Shown here in pieces: positions 57,700-64,000 of a stretch of 64,000 bases of DNA. Source of the stretch: Selaginella moellendorffii (Eukaryota; Plantae; Lycopodiophyta). Position 1 is the stretch's first letter. The number at the start of each line of letters is the position of its first letter. Where the stretch lies: the NCBI RefSeq assembly GCF_000143415.4, contig NW_003314317.1, positions 1,061,183 to 1,125,182 of the forward strand, in the 5' to 3' direction. The notes below the pieces were generated by a model that saw only the letters and a program-made list of their open reading frames with translations, did no database searches and was not told the origin of the DNA. The position numbers and the translations under genes are program-made.

Positions 57700-59020
57700 T
57701 ATAAGGCCACACGCCATTCAAAGAATAATGCTAGTCGAGCATTTTTTGGTGCATTTTTGGGTTCAAAATTGCATGAGCCCACACGCTATAAAGTTTACCT
57801 GTACCAAAAATAGAAACAGCTTTATTTACTTGGGAATTTAAGTGGTTGAGGCATTTTTAAACTTACAAACACATGCCCTACTTACATTCCTTTAGTTGCT
57901 TAAAATTCAAAAATATTATAAACCTTTTTTTTTGCATTTTCAATGTTTTCAATTATGGTTTTTGATTTTCGCAGGACCAGCCTAGTAATCTATTTGCATC
58001 CCGTCATGTTTATAGCTAGCTTTCGTTTGTCCCCTTCGCTAGCCTGAGATACATCTACTCGGCATCTGCCTCTTACAGCATTTGCCCAGAGAGGGCATCT
58101 TTCTTCACGCAGCATTTGCCACATGTTTAGGGTTTAGGGTTTAGGGTTTAGCAATTCAGTAGCTTGATAAACATGCAAATACAAAACTTGATGCAAAATC
58201 CTTTGATATGTCATAATGCCCCTAGGACCATAAACACATTTCAATAGAGAGGGTCCTTTCATTTCATAACTCCTTACGTAGATCTTAGTGAAACCAGAGT
58301 TAGTGAAGTTAGTTTCTTGTGATCCCACATCTGATTGTGATGTCCCTTTGCAGTGTCGATGGAAAGGTCAATGCACACCAAACTGTAAAATCTTGGAGCA
58401 AAATAACGGTCAGATCTATGGCAAATGCCCCTGAAACATTGTAAGGCTCGTGTGATCTCATGTGGTGTCCGATCGAGATGCTTCTTTGCAGGGTCATCAA
58501 GAAAGACATTGTATACCATTCTGTAAAATCTAGTTGCGATCTAACGGTTGGATCTCCAGAAAACTCAAAAAAATCTCACACGTGTCAGAATATCCTAGGA
58601 ATATACTCCTATGTGACCCTGAAAATGGCATGTGGCCCCACGCCATTCAAGAGATAACGCCAGATGACGCCGAGAATTTTTTGGTGCATTTTTTGGGTTC
58701 AAAATTGCATGAGCCCACACGCTATAAAGTTTATCTTTGCCAAATAGAGAAAAGTTTATCTGTGTCATGTGAGGTAGTTACAGTCCTTTGTGCTCGGCAT
58801 CTGCCTCTTGCAGCATTTGTACTGAAAGGGAATTTTTCTCCATTCAGCATTTGGCCCTGAAAATGGCATGCGCCCACACGCCATTCAAGGAATAACGCTA
58901 CAGGATGCCTGGATTTTTGGGTTTAAAATGTTTAGGGTTTTTTGGGTTTTTTCAAAATATTTTGGGTCCAACGTTTTTTGGGTTTCTTTGGTTCAAAATT
59001 GCATGAGCCCACACGCTATA
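57700..59020. repeat. Three dispersed copies of a ~90-bp unit (about 57706, 58636, 58873) carrying paired palindromes
   Basis: cacgccattcaa...ttttgggttcaaaattgcatgagcccacacgctata recurs three times. Confidence 0.85.
58126..58151 (+). repeat. Interstitial plant telomeric repeat (TTTAGGG)3+
   Basis: tttagggtttagggtttagggtttag. Confidence 0.9.
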
Positions 59021-59742
59021 ATATTGATTTGAGAGAAAAATAGAAACAGATAGAATTTCTTTATTTAGCTGAACATCTGGCATTTTTGGAAATACAAGAT
59101 GCTTTGGAATATCCAATCATGCATGGTATAAATATAGCGAGGGTATTAAATGATATCCCAATCATGATCTTTCTTTTGGATTTTGCATGCATGTAGTCCG
59201 AGGAATGATGACGTTGCGGATTTCTTTTGGATTTTGCGTGCTTGCATGCGCGCGGCAATCCAGAAATTAATGGTGGCGCCCAAGTCCGAGGAATGATGAC
59301 GTGGCGGGATTACCAACCGTTGTGACATTTTGCGCGTGTGAGGTTAGGTTTTGCATTTTGCTTCGTACTCGCGCTCGCACACTCGCGCTCGCGCTTGCAT
59401 CGCGCTCCCACTCGCGATCACGTTCACATTCGCGCTCATCTACCTTCTCTACAGGTTTCTCGTGTGCATCGGTGTCCACTCGCGCTTGCATCACACTCGC
59501 GCTCGCATCGCGCTCATGTGCATCGGCGTCCACTTCAAGACACACCCAGTTTGTAACTTTGCCGCCAACTCCGCCGCCCACTCCGCCACCCACACGCAGC
59601 CCACTTGGCGTCCTGGGAGATTTCAGTGCCACTCTCCAACTGTTAAGTGGCAGAGTAGCCTTGCTGCTACGATCCGCTGCACACACAGTGCACATTCGCC
59701 AGCGAGTCTGGCCTCGATTGTCACGCCTCCATTCGGCTTCAA

Positions 59743-62700
59743 ATGGTAAGTCTTTTAGGCCAAGTAGAAAATGGCATGAGGCCACATGTCATTCAGTAGC
59801 AACATTGGCATGCACCGATTGGGCTCTCGAGTGCAGTCCGGTTACAGATGGTGTGTAGCCTCACACCATCTTAGGATGCAGCCTCAAAACATCTGATGCA
59901 GTGGTGAATGGCGTGTGGCCTCACGTTATTTCCAGCTGCTAGCTTTTCATCTGTCAGCTCTAATTGTTGTGCATTTCTGAACAGGCGAGGAATTGCGTTC
60001 TTCTTCCAGCCACTGTCAATGTGGATGCAGAGAAGGGGGAGGAGCTCACCAGTTGGACTTTTGGGATGGAAGGCGAGGATCTGAGGCTGTACAACACAGA
60101 TGGTGGGAGAAAAGAATGCATGGGGATCCTCATCCAAGTGACAGACACTCCATGCAGTTCCATGCAAGAATATGGACTGGCACTTGTGGTAGAGACAGCG
60201 TCCGCCTTCAAGATCCACCTTGCACATCCTAGCGGCTTCCTGGAGGGGGGTAGCGGCTATGAGGAATTCCTAGAGGGAACTAGGGAGAGGTTGTCCAGGA
60301 GGCCCACAATTTCAAAGACGCTGCGGGTCTATGAAGATCACATGGAATCCACAGACCTCACCTACGGCGATGTTCAAAAACTATATTCCAACATTGAGCC
60401 GTTGAGAGTGCCTCCAGTTCGCGAAGCGAAGGGGAAGGGGGTCGATCTGGAAACTACCCCGAAGCAGAAAAGGGTGGTCAAGCTCAAGCCGACGTCCGAC
60501 TCTCTTGCTCCAAAAAAGAAGCTACTCGGTGATGCCATTGCCTCGGGTTCGAACACTACACCCACCAAAAAGAAGAGCCGCAAAGAGCAGAAAGAGCAAG
60601 AAGAGGCAGCAAAAATCGTCGCAGATAATAGTACTTGTTATTATTTCAACAAAGTATATACAATCGACGTGAGCCGTATCGACATCCAAAGCAAATACAA
60701 CCACAAGCTAGTATCTGATGAGTGGGTGGAGAAACTGAAGCAGAAGATGCTGGCAAGTCCAGTAACACCCGATATCACAGACGTGATCCCCTACTACCGA
60801 ACAATGAAGGGCGAGACGAGGTTTCCAGACTTGATCAATAGGAAGGTGTTGGACGATCAGAACATCCGGTTCTATGCCGTCTCCGGGCAGCATTCTAGCT
60901 TGGTGATGCAAGAAATAGTTGTGGATATTATGGTGGGCGAGGAGGTGAAGAAAGTCTTCAAGACAAGAGTTGTCCGCCTGATAAAAGGCAACTCGCCCCT
61001 CCGATCTATCATATCCATCTCCCACGCGCAGAATGTCAAGCAAGAAACGTGCTACAAATCGGGTCTGCACGAGACATTGGCACGAACACGGAAGCTCTGG
61101 GTTCAACTGAAGAAGCCACAAAAACCAGGACAAGGACGTGCACTAGCAACTAGCGCCTGGCAGGTAAGCCTCGTTGCATGTGGCATAGCATGTGGCCTCA
61201 CGCCATTTCCATTGCAGGAATTCTCGAGTCTTCTCTCGAAAACACTGGGGGTCAATGATACACTCAGCATCCATAACATTCTACTCGCGACAAAAGTTGT
61301 TTTTGACAAATGGGTAGATGTGCTGAGGAGGTACCATGACGGGGAGTTGCTAAACTCAATGGGTGTGGAGGACGGCCGGAAGCCCAATGATTTGAAGCTC
61401 AACGCCTTGCGTTTCTCGCGGTCTCTAGACGACGACGACCTTCTGACAGTGGCTAATGCTCTTCTACGTGGTGAGGTAGTCTTCAACAAGACCAAAATGA
61501 CTCCCGGCCATATTGTGACATACGAGGACTTGTGCACGACTCTGAGAGCTCGTGCGCTATTGAAGGATTGGATCTTCGAGCAAATGGCCGTGGAGAGGGT
61601 GAGCATCGACACCACGCAAGAGATGATGGAAGAGCTGGAGTTGTCAAATGAAGACATCGACGACTACGTGAAGGGGGCCCCCAAGTTCATCGATCTGCTG
61701 CGGGATGCCACGAAAAGTAAAGCTGAGAAGTTGGATCAGTATCCAAATTTCATTAAGAGGGATGTCGACCGCCGGCTTCAGAAACAGCTCAACCCCGCAA
61801 CAGAGGCCTATCGAGAACCTTACCGGGTATACGTGAATTCGGATGAGGATCAAAGGTGGAGGAGCATCGTTTCCCGCAGAGATGAGCAGGTCAAGAACAT
61901 CTTTTGTGTGATGGACTTCACAAACGAGGAGATCACTCATGCAGACGAAGTCAGCTCCATCATTGACTTAATGGTGGGACTTGCGGAGGTGGAATCTTCA
62001 GTCCACTATATGATCTACGACTCCGAATCCTATCACAAGTTCTGGAAGGCTTTGAACGAGGTGAAGGCTCGGTTGAAAGGCAAGGAGATGCAGGAGATCC
62101 ATGGGATAATGGCTAAGAAGAAGATACCGACGAATGTCCGCATCTTCACACTCGCCCTTGTTATTGGTCCTGCAGCAGAGTGGGACTGGAGTGACTTCCC
62201 AGCTTCGTTTGATAAGGCCGATCGAATTGATCTGAGGGAGGTCAATTTACCCGTGCCTGAGGAATTGAAGACGGCTATGGAGCTTTCGAATCCAGAGAAA
62301 GCTCCAGGTGCAGCATGGGAAATGCTCAGCTGGGTCTTCAACGCAATAGCACCTGCTTCCGACTCCAAGGGCAAATGCGTTGTCGAGTACAACTGCGGCG
62401 GACTATTCTTTCGAGCCGCACTACTCAAGGGTGTCCCGTGTGTTGCGGTGACAAACTCCATTGAAGAGGTGACTTCAATGAAGCATATAATTACAGTTGC
62501 CAAAGAAAAACAGTATCTTCTCTGCGAACCTGGTGAGTACGCACTTTAAGTTTAAATGTTATCTCACAAGCTCCGTATGCAGGAGCGTGGCCACCCCCAG
62601 ATGCTGAAACGGCGTTAACAGCTACTGTTGGGCCGAGCTCACAACCTGCACAAGGTAAGGTCACGTGAGGCCTCACGCCATTTTGATTATCGATCGTTGT

Positions 62701-63520
62701 GAATATTCAGACATGAGGACTGAAAAGCGCACTGGTGGCGCGTCGAAGAAGGACAAACAGACAAGCAATAGGAAAAAAGGAGGTACAAATTATATTTGCA
62801 ATGGCGTGTGGTCTCATGCCATTCCTTGCAGGAGACACTTCTTCAAAGGCAAAACAGGCAAGCACCAGCCAAGCTCAAACTGACAGTGGTCATAAAAAGT
62901 GAAAGCACGTTGGACAGTCGTTGGGATCAGAGGCGTTTGATTCGAAAAGGAAGAAGGGCAACGAAAAGATGATAAGTAATGCCTCGCGGTCACCACCTCC
63001 TGACTCAGATTCCTATGGCGGACTCCCCTTCCCCAATCTCAATGGAGAGGTACAATGGAAGAGGGATGTTTTTCAAGTCAGGGCCACATTTTTCTCATCT
63101 CGTCGTCTTCGAAGGGTGCAAGAACGTGCAGAAACCATGTTAAGACAGTCGGGTGAGGATACGGTCCTAGGTCACGCACTAAAATAGGCTATGGATGTCT
63201 TGTATTTTGAGATGGAGACTCGGCCAGATGATTTTCCCAAGATGGTCCTGGAAGAACAAGCCATCCAGCCTGAGCAGCCTATGGAAGAAATGCAGGAGGG
63301 GGATGAGGAGCCAGAGAAAGATAATGAGCAAGAAGAGCAGAAGGACAAAGAGGAGGACAAAGAAGAGGAGGACGAAGAAGAGGAGGACGAAGAGGACTTG
63401 GATGGTCCTCACAATGGTGACGATCACAATAACGATGACGACGATAATGACGACGATGGCCAGCCTGAGGTGGCCAAAGAGCAGCGGAGGAAGGTCATAC
63501 AAGACAAACCATCAGGTAAA
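59743..63520 (+). CDS. Transposon accessory gene: ParB/Srx-like region, degenerate amino-MTase-like region and acidic tail; multi-exon, with stops in the 3' part
   Basis: ATG|gtaagt at 59743 splices in phase to the 861-aa ORF (acceptor 59984). Further predicted introns at 61164-61217, 62533-62582, 62655-62710 and 62783-62830. In-frame TGA (about 62900) and TAG (about 63185). May continue past the window. Confidence 0.6.
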
Positions 63521-64000
63521 TAATAGTACATCCATTCCTAACCTTTTACCATTTCTAACATTGTCCATGTAGGTCGCAAAGCAAATGGTAAGTAGAGATT
63601 ATTCAGTTGAATTAAGATACAAACTCTAGCCTTTAGTGTCGAGGAAGGATAGTGCCAAGCAAGGGTCGAAACGTATGTCCAATCCTTCAGAATCAGCAGT
63701 GCGCCCAAGTGATATCGGTCCTAGTTCCTCAATAGCAGTTGATGGTAAATACAGTATAGTCGATTCAATGTGCTAATGAGTTTGTTTTTAGTAGCCAGTA
63801 GGGAGGATACCATCTCAATCGAAGGGAGATATTTGGACATGCATATGGATCCGCCAGTGGACTCTACTTGCCTGCAAGAGTCATCAGAGCTGGTGGAGGC
63901 TACTATCCATATCAACGCCAAGCAAGCTGACCACACTCCACTTGATGCTGCCCATACCACTGAGTCAATCTTGTCCACGTATCCAACTGACGGTGACCAG

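Larger units (their letters stand above)
52147..64000. mobile_element. Large DNA transposon (Sola-like transposase plus a divergent accessory gene); right end lies outside the window
   Basis: Begins where the LTR homology breaks and is unified by about 25 copies of a 22-bp palindrome. Termini and TSD were not identified. Confidence 0.7.

Noticed and set aside
59267-59858. Overlapping 130-185 aa ORFs upstream of the accessory gene
   Set aside because: They arise from low-complexity tcgcgc repeats in a probable leader or promoter.
52369-62822. Palindromic repeats as a CRISPR array
   Set aside because: Spacing is irregular (tens to thousands of bp), copies are degenerate, there are no cas genes and the context is eukaryotic.

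Overview
Compact land-plant nuclear DNA. The 50-65 nt GT-AG introns, GC-rich exons and short intergenic spacers suggest a lycophyte such as Selaginella; this is inferred, not proven. Host genes: a PPR remnant, a triplicated small acidic ORF, homoserine kinase (one full copy plus a 3' half-copy from a tandem duplication) lying only 49 bp downstream of an LTO1/ORAOV1-like gene, an MscS-like (MSL) channel, a CYP85-clan P450 plus two fragments, a dienelactone-hydrolase-family gene, an MEE59-like gene, a UFO-like F-box gene and a full-size ABCB transporter. RNA genes: five tRNA-Tyr copies in two inverted clusters and a tRNA-Lys(UUU) with a damaged acceptor stem. Repeats: a decayed Gypsy element with an internal micro-inversion, a full-length dead Copia with TG..CT LTR ends and a 6-bp TSD, a second Gypsy remnant, and a non-coding LTR element whose 5' LTR is cut off. 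The most unusual feature is the >11.8 kb element from about 52.15 kb to the window end. It carries a Sola-like transposase transcribed divergently from a large spliced gene with a ParB/Srx-like region and a degenerate beta-class amino-methyltransferase-like region. About 25 copies of a 22-bp palindrome (ATGGCRTGWGGCCWCAYGCCAT) are spread through it, many inside its predicted introns. All family assignments come from recognising motifs by eye; no searches were run.
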